From: Bacteroidales bacterium
Lineage (GTDB): Bacteria > Bacteroidota > Bacteroidia > Bacteroidales > JAOZQN01
Direction of reading: 5' to 3'
Assembly: GCA_029932195.1 (NCBI GenBank)
Contig: JAOZQN010000003.1
Location: 1-45,644, forward strand
DNA length: 45,644 nucleotides
Shown here: positions 33,343-42,751 of the stretch, piece by piece
How the letters are laid out: every line of letters begins with the position of its first letter
How positions within the stretch are numbered: position 1 is the stretch's first letter
The notes under the pieces: generated by a model
Databases searched by the model: none
What the model saw: the letters and a program-made list of their open reading frames with translations, nothing else
Told to the model about the DNA's origin: nothing
Program-made: the position numbers and the translations under genes

Positions 33343-34743
33343 TTAATTTAGGTTATTGCTTGTTTCTAAATATTTTTTCACTTCTAATTCTGTCATTTTT
33401 AATTCTTTAGTTGTTATAAAATCAAATTCCACTTGTCTATTTGCCTTTCTAACAGGTAATATTTTTGTAGTTTTAAATTGATACCTATTATTATTTTTTA
33501 TAGACATATTTGTTACTAATTTTGAAAACCATACAGAAATATTTTTAGAAAAATTATTTTCTTTAAAAAGTAAACCTACAAAGGTAGCAGAATGAGTGTT
33601 TACAATTATTTGTCGGAGTGGGAAATTAATATCCTCATCATCAAACAAATCCGAGGAAAGACCTGTCAACAATTCTATCATTGTGTTAATTCTAAATGGG
33701 TGGATTCCATTTTCGGGTTCTTCAAAACAAAGTGTTCCCATATATTTATTATCATATTTTAAGATACAAAGTATTAGTAATCTTAAAGTTCCTTCTGAAA
33801 GCACTCGTGATGAAAATTCTCTACCATCTTCACTAATTAATTTTATTATAAATTTATTTTCAGCGACTTCTTCTATAACATCAACTTTTATAAAATTTGA
33901 CAATAAATTATTAAGTTCTCGTGAAATATCATTTAAAATAGTTTCATCATCAGTTTTTAAGCGATATAATGCGGCTGCTAAATTTCCTCCAGTAGAAGTA
34001 ACAATATCCGATGCCATACGTGGACTTGGTTTACTTAATTCTTCAGGGTTTAGTTGTAAAAAATTCCAATTTATCATTTCTTCTTTTGTGGCAAATACAT
34101 GAGGAAAATTCACACTATCAACACTACTTAATAGTGTTTGAGGGGCATTATTTGCAATAATTTCTCGCCCTCCTTCACCTATGCTACCATCCTGAGATAT
34201 TCTAATATATTTTTTTTTGTTTTTTTCTTCTGTTGCAATATAAGGAACACTTCTTCTGCCATATACTTTTGGGCGGCGATTTTCTAATAATTTTTTATCA
34301 ACGTTTTTTTTTATCCACTTATCTTCTTGATGTTTTATAGGTTTTAAAACTTCATGAGTAATAAATAAATCATCAAAGCCTTTTGAATTTCGTTTTCGTT
34401 CAATTTCAAGTTCGTATCTGAGACGAGTATATTTTAGAGTGGAATTCTCACCCCAATTATCTGTTATACTGACATTTAAAAGTATTTCTACAGCAAGTTT
34501 TATTTCATGTGCAAGTTTTCCATTTGGATATTGTGTAAATTGTTCTCGTGCTTCTCCTCTTAAATTTACATTGTTAAAAGCAGTTTTTAAATCCATTTCT
34601 GCAAGATTCGATAATAATTTCATAGCATCAAATAGGTTACTTTTTCCTGATGCATTAGTTCCTGCAACAACAGTAAATGGTGTAAATTCCATTTTGAAAT
34701 TACTAAACGTTTTAAATCCGTCTATTTCTATTCTTGTTATCAT
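33343..34743 (-). CDS. ABC/SMC-type (AAA_15/AAA_21-like) ATPase
   Basis: 466 aa. MITRIEIDGFKTF...VVAGTNASGKSN (Walker A), LSEGTLR signature-like motif, Walker B LCFEEPENGIHP, H-loop VNTHS. Confidence 0.8.
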   Translation of the reverse strand: MITRIEIDGFKTFSNFKMEFTPFTVVAGTNASGKSNLFDAMKLLSNLAEMDLKTAFNNVNLRGEAREQFTQYPNGKLAHEIKLAVEILLNVSITDNWGENSTLKYTRLRYELEIERKRNSKGFDDLFITHEVLKPIKHQEDKWIKKNVDKKLLENRRPKVYGRRSVPYIATEEKNKKKYIRISQDGSIGEGGREIIANNAPQTLLSSVDSVNFPHVFATKEEMINWNFLQLNPEELSKPSPRMASDIVTSTGGNLAAALYRLKTDDETILNDISRELNNLLSNFIKVDVIEEVAENKFIIKLISEDGREFSSRVLSEGTLRLLILCILKYDNKYMGTLCFEEPENGIHPFRINTMIELLTGLSSDLFDDEDINFPLRQIIVNTHSATFVGLLFKENNFSKNISVWFSKLVTNMSIKNNNRYQFKTTKILPVRKANRQVEFDFITTKELKMTELEVKKYLETSNNLN

Positions 34744-34783
34744 AATTTTCTAATAATTTAAGTAGTTTAAAATTACTTATCAT

Positions 34784-36048
34784 TCATAAATCTATTTGTA
34801 AATTTTTCCGTCTGATAGGCATTGTCATGCACCTTGCACCACCTCCGCCTCGTGAAAGTTCCGAGCCTTTTATTGTTACTACTACTTTTTTGTGTTTTGC
34901 AACATCTTCTTTTCCCGAAATAACATCTTCTGCTTTTAGAACCGAAAATCCAGATTTATTTAATGCTTCAATAGTATAATTATTCCTCTCATAGCCAATA
35001 ATTTTACCTGGAGCAAAAGCGAAAAAATTTGCTCCACTGTGCCATTGCTCACGTTCTTGCATGTGTTTATTTTACCTCCACACAAAACAGGTTTCATTGG
35101 CATTTTGATACTTTTTAGAGCATCAAGAATATTATTAACTTCATTTATTGATATTATTTTCCCATTTTCCACAACCATGTGAATAGTTAAATATTTATTT
35201 AATTTTAGAATTAGTGGTTCGTAAATCATACAAACATCTCTATCTAAGAGAGTAAAAACCATGTCAAGATGTATAAACGACTCTGGTGTTTCGGGAAGTT
35301 GTTGGATAATAATATGTTTGGGAGCAGATTTACTTTCTATCTTATTTGCAATATAATCAATACCTTGCGATGTTGTTCTGATACCTGTTCCAATTATTAA
35401 CACATCTTTTCGAGCCACAAGAATATCGCCTCCTTCCATAGAAATTTTTGGATTAAAATATCGGCTAAATTGTGGATTTATAGTATTTGTAATAAAATTT
35501 GGGTGATGCTCAAATATTGCTTGCATTATTTGCGACTCTCTTTTTCTAACATGACTCGCCATTTTGTTGATTAACACAGAGTTTGATATTGCAGACGAAG
35601 CGTCTCGTGTAAAAAAGAAATTATGGAGCGGTTCTAACGAAAAATATTTATTGCTAAGATAATTTGTCAAAGAATTTTTTTGTCTCGGCAAACCTTCTAT
35701 TAATATTTTTGTCAGCTCACTTGCTTCCGACTCAAGTAAATAACTTTTAACTTCCTTTATATCACAATTTTCAGTAATTTTTGTAACTAAATCGGTTTTT
35801 ATACTTGGAGTTTTTAAAATATCAGATAACAAATCTCTAACCTGAAATGTATTAGTTACTTTTTCAAGAACCCCACTAAATTGAGTATATTCTTTTTTGG
35901 CAACAGATAAGTTTAAAATGTCGCTATATAAAGCCCTTTCAGCATTTTCGGGAGTCATGTTTTCTATTTCGTTGCCAGGAGTATGTAAAATTACTCCCTC
36001 CAACTCACCTATTTCAGAATTTATTTCAATTTCTATTTTCTGTTTCAT
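34784..36048 (-). pseudogene. Arginine deiminase-family gene interrupted by a single frameshift (or an assembly indel)
   Basis: N-terminal SEIGELEGVILHTPGNEIENMTP... in ORF 34960..36048. C-terminal EREQWHSGANFFAFAPG...GGGGARCMTMPI (catalytic Cys motif) in the overlapping ORF 34784..35062. The frame switch must occur within 35060..35076. Confidence 0.7.
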
Positions 36049-36135
36049 TATAATATTGTAATATCTTTAATTTCAAATATTTATTTTCAGTAAATTACTT
36101 TTAACTCGACAACTTGATAACTTTTAACTTACTAC

Positions 36136-37323
36136 TTAAAATCCGATATATGCTTTTGGTAGTTCAAATGGATAAAAAATAGGTTTTGAGCGTTCGGAAT
36201 ATCTTCGTGGGGTTTTTCCTGGAGGACATTCTCCTTCGTGTCTTTTCTGAACTTCGTTGTTATTAAACCACCTTTTTTTATGATAAGTTAAATCTGTGGA
36301 GCAGTCTGTTTTTCTTTTGTTTGCAAAAATAATTACTATAGAAAATTCATGAGTTAAAAACACAGGGGAGTTTTTGAAACGAGTTGTAAAAGAACTTCCC
36401 CAATCTAAATTATACATCAGTTGTAGGCTCAAATATTTTCCAATAGCTGTTTCGTATCCAGCCGTAGCTACAATTTGATTTTTGTTAAAAACACTTGGAC
36501 GCTGAAAATTTTGTGCCGCAACACCAAAAATAAATGGTGCTCTGTATGCGAGCATTCCTACATTTATCAGCGAAAAATCGCCTTGTAATTGATATTTGAA
36601 ATTAGGATAGAACATTATTTTTGAGCGTTCTCTTAATCTGGTAACATGGTCTCGGTGATACATTGGGATAAAAATTCCGCCGTGTGCGGTATATTTTTCG
36701 GGATAAAAAACGCCTTTTGTTCCCAACGATGAGTATTCGTTGTTTTTTATGTGGTGCATCGCAAATCCAAGATTAATCCACGCAGGGTCTGTTCGCCTTA
36801 TGTCTATTGGAAATTGTGAGACAATTCCTGCACTTACATCAACAATATCAAAACTTGTGATTTCTAGTTCGGCAGCGGTTGGAATCCCTGAGTTTGCTCC
36901 ATCGTAAACGCTCAGTTGGTCGTAGAAAACGAGTTTGTCAAAATCGTAATTTGAACCAAAATAAGAGGCTTTTATTCCTGGACGGACAATAATTTTTCGT
37001 AAACTTCCAAATTTATAAGACAACATCAAATCGCCTTTATTTACCTGCAAGCCATCACTTAAAGTATTGTATGCACCACTAAAACCGAGTCCAAAATTGC
37101 CAATTGGCAAATCTGCCGAAACGGAATTATACATTGTTTTGTGCAAAGCCGAATACCATGTCAATTGGTTGTTCATGGAAATCCGAACCATATTTTTACT
37201 TCCTGCAAATCCGGGATTTGTGCTAATATTATTTACAACATTACTCGTTTGGAAAGCATCTTGTGCCTTCGCAAATAAAGAAAATGAGATAAATAAAATT
37301 AATAAGGGTAAAGTTTTTTTCAT
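36136..37323 (-). CDS. PorP/SprF-family type IX secretion system membrane protein
   Basis: 395 aa. Signal peptide, then AQDAFQTS...NPGFAGS and a beta-barrel-like alternating pattern. The usual partner of type-B CTD cargo. Confidence 0.65.
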   Translation of the reverse strand: MKKTLPLLILFISFSLFAKAQDAFQTSNVVNNISTNPGFAGSKNMVRISMNNQLTWYSALHKTMYNSVSADLPIGNFGLGFSGAYNTLSDGLQVNKGDLMLSYKFGSLRKIIVRPGIKASYFGSNYDFDKLVFYDQLSVYDGANSGIPTAAELEITSFDIVDVSAGIVSQFPIDIRRTDPAWINLGFAMHHIKNNEYSSLGTKGVFYPEKYTAHGGIFIPMYHRDHVTRLRERSKIMFYPNFKYQLQGDFSLINVGMLAYRAPFIFGVAAQNFQRPSVFNKNQIVATAGYETAIGKYLSLQLMYNLDWGSSFTTRFKNSPVFLTHEFSIVIIFANKRKTDCSTDLTYHKKRWFNNNEVQKRHEGECPPGKTPRRYSERSKPIFYPFELPKAYIGF

Positions 37324-37426
37324 ATTATTTAAGATAGATAAATACTTAATTAGCTTTTGACTAATGAGTTAATAGTTATTAAGTTTGTTCTATTTTTTAA
37401 GTAAAAAAATAATTTTATATAATTAT

Positions 37427-37490
37427 ATGAGTGTGTAACATCTAGGGCTTAGTTTTTTGTCGCTTTGCGAAGCCAAAAGCCAATGATATG
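37427..37490. repeat. C-type element directly after the stop of 37494..39206
   Basis: GAGTGTGTAACAT...CTTAGTTTTTTGTCGCTTTGCGAAGCCAAAAGCCAA. Shares both the GAGTGTGTAACAT end with 5081.. and the core with 14007..14072. Confidence 0.55.
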
Positions 37491-37493
37491 GTT

Positions 37494-39206
37494 CTAATCA
37501 GTTTTTATTGGAATAATATACGGTTCTTTTCCAGCAAAAATTATCGGAATTTTAATTATCTTTTCTTGTTCTATTTTATTGTCAATAAGTTCTTTGTAGT
37601 ATTTGTTTCTGTCTATTTGTGCCAAAGCATTTTTAATATTTTCATTAATTCGTTTTGTGAAATTGTTATCAAGTTCTTTGGTTTTCTGTTTTTCTATTTG
37701 TTTAATCTCAATTACAACTCCGTTTTTTGTTTTGTTGTGAGGTATTAATATAATGTCATATCTACCCTCCCCACTTTCTCCATTAGATTTAATAATGTAG
37801 TCATCACCAATAATTGCCAGTAAACCCAAAATGTAAGAATGATAAACATATTCATGATTTTTTGCTGTATCATAATAGCTGAATGTATCTCCCATTATTT
37901 TTTTAAAACCTGTTTCAAATTTCGCTATTTTATTGGTTATTAAATAATTTGCCGCATCTTGTAATAATGATTTTTGTAATTTTATATCCACTTTTAGCCA
38001 ATCTATAATTGTATCTTGAAAAATTGTTTTTATTTCATAGTTAGGAATAGTAAGTTCGTATTCTTTTCTTGATATTTGATTTTGGATAGTTAAGTATCCA
38101 CTATAAGTAAATAATGTCCACAATAAATCAGGATTTTTAGATAATTCGGGGAAAACAAAATTTGCTTCTAAGTCTCTTTTTATGCTTTCTCCGTTTATCA
38201 ATTTTAACACCTCTTCTCTAATATTTTCTGCATTTTTCTTTACTATTTGTTCTTTTATTAATTCATTGGCACTGGTATTTGTCCAAAAAGTTTTAAACCC
38301 TTCGTTTGCAGCAAGAACATAATTTAATATAGACCAAGGGTTGTAGATATTGGTAGTCTTTCCAAATTTATATCCATTATACCATTTTTTAATTTGCGAA
38401 TATTTTGTATCTACCTTAAAATCAATAGTAATTTGTTTAACTTCTTCTTCTGTAAAACCAAATTTATCAGAAAATTTATTGTCAAGAATTGAATAAACAC
38501 TAATATTATTCAATCCTGTAAAGATACTTTCTTTTGATACTCTGAGTATTCCTGTAATTACTCCTTTGTAAAGACTACTGTTATCTTTTAACACTCCACT
38601 CAACAGGCTACGCATAAACGAAATTGCATCGTTGTAAAATTTATTATGGCTTGCCTGAATTGGTGTATCGTATTCATCAATTAGAACTATAACTTTCTCG
38701 TTATGATAACGTTGTAAATATTTACTTAACTGTTTTAAACTTGTTTCAAATTCTGTTTGGCTTGCTTTTTTTATAAGGATATTCTGAAATATTGCCTTTT
38801 CATGATTTTTCAGTATATTACTCTCCAACAAATAATCATGATTAGAATATAAATCTACGATTTCAGAAACAATAAATTCTAAACAACTTTGCCATGTATC
38901 TTTTTTTGCATCTTTGAATGTCAAATATATTACAGGATATTTTCCACAATGTTGTTTTACATCATCTTCTGTTTGCCAGATTTTTAAGTCTTCAAACAGT
39001 TTTTTATTTTCTGATTCGCTTTTATCAAAAAAGTAGCGTAGCATTGATAAATTCAACGTTTTTCCAAATCTACGAGGGCGAGGCAATAATATTACTGCTT
39101 TTTGTGCTGTTAATACCTCTTCTATAAGTAATGATTTATCAACAAAATAGTTATTATTTTGTATTATATCTTTAAAGTCGGAATGTCCAAGATTTAGTTC
39201 TTTCAT
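37494..39206 (-). CDS. AAA-ATPase-like (PF09820-type) N-terminal domain fused to a PDDEXK_9/DUF1703 nuclease-like domain
   Basis: 570 aa. LGHSDFKDIIQNNNYFVDKSLLIEEVL...LPRPRRFGKTLNLSML at the N-terminus. C-terminal GEGRYDIILIPH...GVVIEIKQ (D...ExK). Confidence 0.75.
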   Translation of the reverse strand: MKELNLGHSDFKDIIQNNNYFVDKSLLIEEVLTAQKAVILLPRPRRFGKTLNLSMLRYFFDKSESENKKLFEDLKIWQTEDDVKQHCGKYPVIYLTFKDAKKDTWQSCLEFIVSEIVDLYSNHDYLLESNILKNHEKAIFQNILIKKASQTEFETSLKQLSKYLQRYHNEKVIVLIDEYDTPIQASHNKFYNDAISFMRSLLSGVLKDNSSLYKGVITGILRVSKESIFTGLNNISVYSILDNKFSDKFGFTEEEVKQITIDFKVDTKYSQIKKWYNGYKFGKTTNIYNPWSILNYVLAANEGFKTFWTNTSANELIKEQIVKKNAENIREEVLKLINGESIKRDLEANFVFPELSKNPDLLWTLFTYSGYLTIQNQISRKEYELTIPNYEIKTIFQDTIIDWLKVDIKLQKSLLQDAANYLITNKIAKFETGFKKIMGDTFSYYDTAKNHEYVYHSYILGLLAIIGDDYIIKSNGESGEGRYDIILIPHNKTKNGVVIEIKQIEKQKTKELDNNFTKRINENIKNALAQIDRNKYYKELIDNKIEQEKIIKIPIIFAGKEPYIIPIKTD

Positions 39207-39257
39207 TTTTTTATAAATTCTATTTGTTCTTATTTTTCAACTCTTTATTTTTGTTTA

Positions 39258-39935
39258 TTATTCAAATTTTTTATAATTCTCATTCCAATACTTATTTAAA
39301 AAATCCCATTTATCTCCAAAATTAGGAATATATTGTAAGAAAGGAAGAGTTTCAATCTCTACTTTATTTCTTTTATCATCGTTAGTTATTTTATAAATAT
39401 TTATTTCTTGTGGGTATTTATCCGTTTCAAATTCGCAACCTTGTCCCCAAATATATCCTTTTTCTACTATTTTATAATTTTCGATAGTAAATAATCTACT
39501 TTCCCAATTAAAATCGGCACATCCAGCTCTACTGTATGAATAGTAAAAAGATGAATTAGACCTTAATTGAATTGCATCAGGAAATGACATATAATTATTT
39601 ATAAATCTAAATGAATTATTTTCACTATCAAACAAATACAATAAATATGTTGGATTGTTTCCAATATACGTCAACATTAAATCCAAATTTTTATCTTTGT
39701 CAAAATCAATCAATTCAATTTTAAATAAAGCATCACAATCATGTATGGTGTCAATAGTAGTTATTTCTGAATTGCAAAAGACAGAAAATAACATTGAATT
39801 GTTATTAATTTTTTTTGTATTGATTTTAATTGAATTATTATTGACTATCAGTGTTGTATCTAATAAAAAATTTGATTGAGAATAACTAAAATTTGCAATT
39901 GAAATTAAAAAGACTATCAATAATGTTTTTTTCAT
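39258..39935 (-). CDS. Secreted hypothetical protein
   Basis: 225 aa with a signal peptide (MKKTLLIVFLISIANFSYSQ). IDFDKDKNLDLML is faintly FG-GAP/VCBS-like. No confident family. Confidence 0.55.
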   Translation of the reverse strand: MKKTLLIVFLISIANFSYSQSNFLLDTTLIVNNNSIKINTKKINNNSMLFSVFCNSEITTIDTIHDCDALFKIELIDFDKDKNLDLMLTYIGNNPTYLLYLFDSENNSFRFINNYMSFPDAIQLRSNSSFYYSYSRAGCADFNWESRLFTIENYKIVEKGYIWGQGCEFETDKYPQEINIYKITNDDKRNKVEIETLPFLQYIPNFGDKWDFLNKYWNENYKKFE

Positions 39936-40012
39936 AATATCTTTCTGGGATATACTTAATTCTTAATCATAAAATTATAATTCTTGAAACAATTTACAAT
40001 TACAGATATTTA

Positions 40013-41554
40013 TTATCTTATCAATAAAAAAGTTCCAGATGTAGATTTTTTATCTTTTTTGTTTTCACGTTCTTTGTAAGTTTGTCCTTCCCAGTTTCTT
40101 TCTCCAAATTGCCCTTGGTCTATTACTGCATAAATTTTCCAGATATAAGTTCCTTGTTGGCACATATTTCCGTTGTAAGTTCCGTCCCAACCTTCTGCGG
40201 GATAGCCATCTGTCAGCTCTTTTGAAACCCATAAACGTTCTCCTTGCAGGTTGTAAATTTCTAATTTGTATTCCAGTAATTTTTGAGCTTTTGGTTTAAA
40301 ACTATTCAAATCATCGTTAGGGCTGGTTGGAATAAATGCGTTGGGAACGTATAAATCTTCACAAACATCTTCAAAAATAAGTAGGGTATCTTTATAATTA
40401 TGGCAATACCCGTCCCAAACTTGTAATTTTGGGTTGTATTCACCCTCTTCGGTATAACTTTCTATATGAATATCTGTGTATGAACTATCTATAACTACAT
40501 TTGAGCTATCTCCAATAAAATCCCATGCAGAAACAATTACTGTTGATTCTGATTGATTTACAAAAGTCAGTTCGGCAGGATAGCAATATTTTCGTTCCAT
40601 AATTTGAAAATTTGCAATTGGTAAGGCTCTAATATTTAGGTTTCTGCTATATGTTGCACTTCCACAAATATTTGATTGTGTCAATTTTATCTGAAATTGT
40701 CCGTAATCATTAAAAATTGGTGTAAATTCTTCTTCACAACCACTGCACTCATCATATACCTCTCCATTCTGAATTATTTCCCATAAAACTCCTTCTACAT
40801 CAAGACAATTATCTTCTCCATAAGAAGTGTTTTTTATTGTAACCTCACCTGTTTCGCATTTATTGAAGGTAAACGACGTTTCGTCGTAATGGACTGTTGT
40901 ATCGGTAAATTCTATACCTGCATTGGGCTTAGATTTTATTTCCACAGCTCTAAAAAACATTTCGTTAATGTCTGTGCAAATATTTGATGCTGAAACAATT
41001 ATCATAAATCTATCATTAACTGTTGTTCCTCCAATTTCAGTTTCGTTTCCACAAGATGTTCCTGTATAAAAATGAGCGATTTCTGTTTGGTTAATTATTT
41101 CATTGTAAGTTACGTCTGATTCTGTAGCGTCTTCACCCCAGTTAATAGACGTATTCATATCTGGGTGCTCCAAGAAACTGGAAGTAATTTTTATTGTAAT
41201 AGAACTATCTGGTGCACAGACAACTCCTTCGGAGGTGTATTCAATATTTAGATTTGGTTTGTCATAAATCAAAATATCTTCATTGTAAGATGAACCTACA
41301 TTTGGTGTCATAGTTACCTGATAACTACCGCTTCCAATATAGACATGAGTGGCACTATAAGGAGAAGAACTTACGGTTGAAGTATTTCCGTCTCCCCAGT
41401 CCCAAACAACCTCTGTTGCTCCCGTTATTCCGGCAGGAATAAATGTAAAAGTATATTTAGCACATGGCTTTTCACTTGTATAATTAAAACTCTGTGCTTG
41501 ACTCGTGCCAGATAAAATAAAAATTATTAGCAAAAATAGTAGATGTTTTTTCAT
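40013..41554 (-). CDS. PKD-domain protein with a T9SS type-B (gliding-motility-associated, CHU_C-like) C-terminal sorting domain
   Basis: 513 aa with a signal peptide. PKD-like WDWGDGNTS...HVY. C-terminal VPNAFIPTSPNDDLNSFKPK...LEIYNLQGERLW...WDGTYNG...GTYIWKI. Confidence 0.75.
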   Translation of the reverse strand: MKKHLLFLLIIFILSGTSQAQSFNYTSEKPCAKYTFTFIPAGITGATEVVWDWGDGNTSTVSSSPYSATHVYIGSGSYQVTMTPNVGSSYNEDILIYDKPNLNIEYTSEGVVCAPDSSITIKITSSFLEHPDMNTSINWGEDATESDVTYNEIINQTEIAHFYTGTSCGNETEIGGTTVNDRFMIIVSASNICTDINEMFFRAVEIKSKPNAGIEFTDTTVHYDETSFTFNKCETGEVTIKNTSYGEDNCLDVEGVLWEIIQNGEVYDECSGCEEEFTPIFNDYGQFQIKLTQSNICGSATYSRNLNIRALPIANFQIMERKYCYPAELTFVNQSESTVIVSAWDFIGDSSNVVIDSSYTDIHIESYTEEGEYNPKLQVWDGYCHNYKDTLLIFEDVCEDLYVPNAFIPTSPNDDLNSFKPKAQKLLEYKLEIYNLQGERLWVSKELTDGYPAEGWDGTYNGNMCQQGTYIWKIYAVIDQGQFGERNWEGQTYKERENKKDKKSTSGTFLLIR

Positions 41555-41645
41555 ATTAATTAAGTTTGTTTTTATTATTTTCCATGTTCAAAACGTTTAA
41601 TTTAGACTACTCACGTAAGGTTTGATAGATCTGATTATCAAGGCA

Positions 41646-41730
41646 ACAAGCTGGAAAAGTTTTGAAGTTTTGAAATTATGAAGTTTTGAATAATATTATG
41701 CCAAAAATACAACAATATTAAGAATAAGGC
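41646..41730 (+). repeat. Dispersed repeat family D, copy 3
   Basis: ACAAGCTGGAAAAGTTTTGAAGTTTTGAAATTATGAAGTTTTGAATAATATTATGCCAAAAATACAAC. Confidence 0.55.
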
Positions 41731-41897
41731 AAATTAAAATTAATAATTAGCCAATTTAAGCGAAGTTATTTTTTTCTTTAACAATTCAAAAAATGTGAGA
41801 ATATCGGGAATATTTGAACCTTTCTTGAAGCAGTTAAAGGGAAAAAAAACAAGTTTAAATGGGTAATTATTTATTTTAATTTGCCTAAGGAACTATA

Positions 41898-41983
41898 CTA
41901 AAAAAGGTTTATTTGTTTATTAGGTTGTATATTAATTGATTACAAAATACAAAAAGTAAAGATTTTAACCTAATTCAGTATAA
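41898..41983 (+). repeat. Uninterrupted relative (apparent empty site) of the sequence that hosts MITE copy 2
   Basis: CTAAAAAAGGTTTATTTGTTTATTAGG...GATTACAAAATACAAAAAGTAAAGATTTTAACCTAATTCAGTATAA aligns with 20156..20190 plus 20412..20454. The TA at 41941..41942 corresponds to the duplicated TA. Confidence 0.6.
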
Positions 41984-41995
41984 TTTAGGTCATTT

Positions 41996-42745
41996 TTATT
42001 CATTGTTCATAAATCCTTGTTTTTTTAAGACTTCTAAGAACGATTTAGAGAAGAATAAATTATCTTTTTTTACATATCTTTTTTCTGTGAAAATTTGTGC
42101 AAGATTTTCAGTTTTATTTTCTGTTACTAATTGTTTTGTTAGATCAGAGTTCTCTTTCTCTTCGTGTAATTTTTTAATGCTTTCGTCGGAATAATCTTGG
42201 TATTTTTCGTAATGAACTACTGCCTCTAATGGCAAACGGTCTGTTAATTCTGGGGTTTGGTCTGGATAGCCAACTACAATTGAGGTAACAGGCACAACTC
42301 CTTTTGGTAGGTCTAAAATAGAAATTATTTTAGAAGCCATATAGGTTGTTGTTCCAAGATAACAAATTCCCAAACCATGATGTTCTGCGGCAATTGAAGC
42401 ATTTTGTGCAGCAATTGTTGCGTCTATTGTTGCATTGTAGAACCACAAAAAATTATCGTAAGCAGGTTCGGTATTGCTTTGTTTGCACCACTTGTTAAAT
42501 CGGTTAATGTCTGCACAAAATGTTAAAACAACAGGTGCTTGATTTACCATATCTTGTTTAAAATGAGACTCCCACAGCTGTTTTTTTTTACTCTCATCTT
42601 TTGTTACAACAATACTATAAATCTGCATATTTCCAGTATTTGATGCACGAACTGCCGATTTTAAAATATCATTTAAGATGTTTTCTTCAATAGCTGTGTT
42701 TTTGTATTTCCGTATTGAACGGTGTTTTAAAATTGTTTCTAACAT
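41996..42745 (-). CDS. Nitroreductase-family (NfsA-like NADPH-dependent) oxidoreductase
   Basis: 249 aa. ILKHRSIRKYKNTAIEENILNDILKSAVRASNTGNMQIYSIVV is the canonical nitroreductase N-terminus. Confidence 0.8.
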   Translation of the reverse strand: MLETILKHRSIRKYKNTAIEENILNDILKSAVRASNTGNMQIYSIVVTKDESKKKQLWESHFKQDMVNQAPVVLTFCADINRFNKWCKQSNTEPAYDNFLWFYNATIDATIAAQNASIAAEHHGLGICYLGTTTYMASKIISILDLPKGVVPVTSIVVGYPDQTPELTDRLPLEAVVHYEKYQDYSDESIKKLHEEKENSDLTKQLVTENKTENLAQIFTEKRYVKKDNLFFSKSFLEVLKKQGFMNNE

Positions 42746-42751
42746 TATTTT

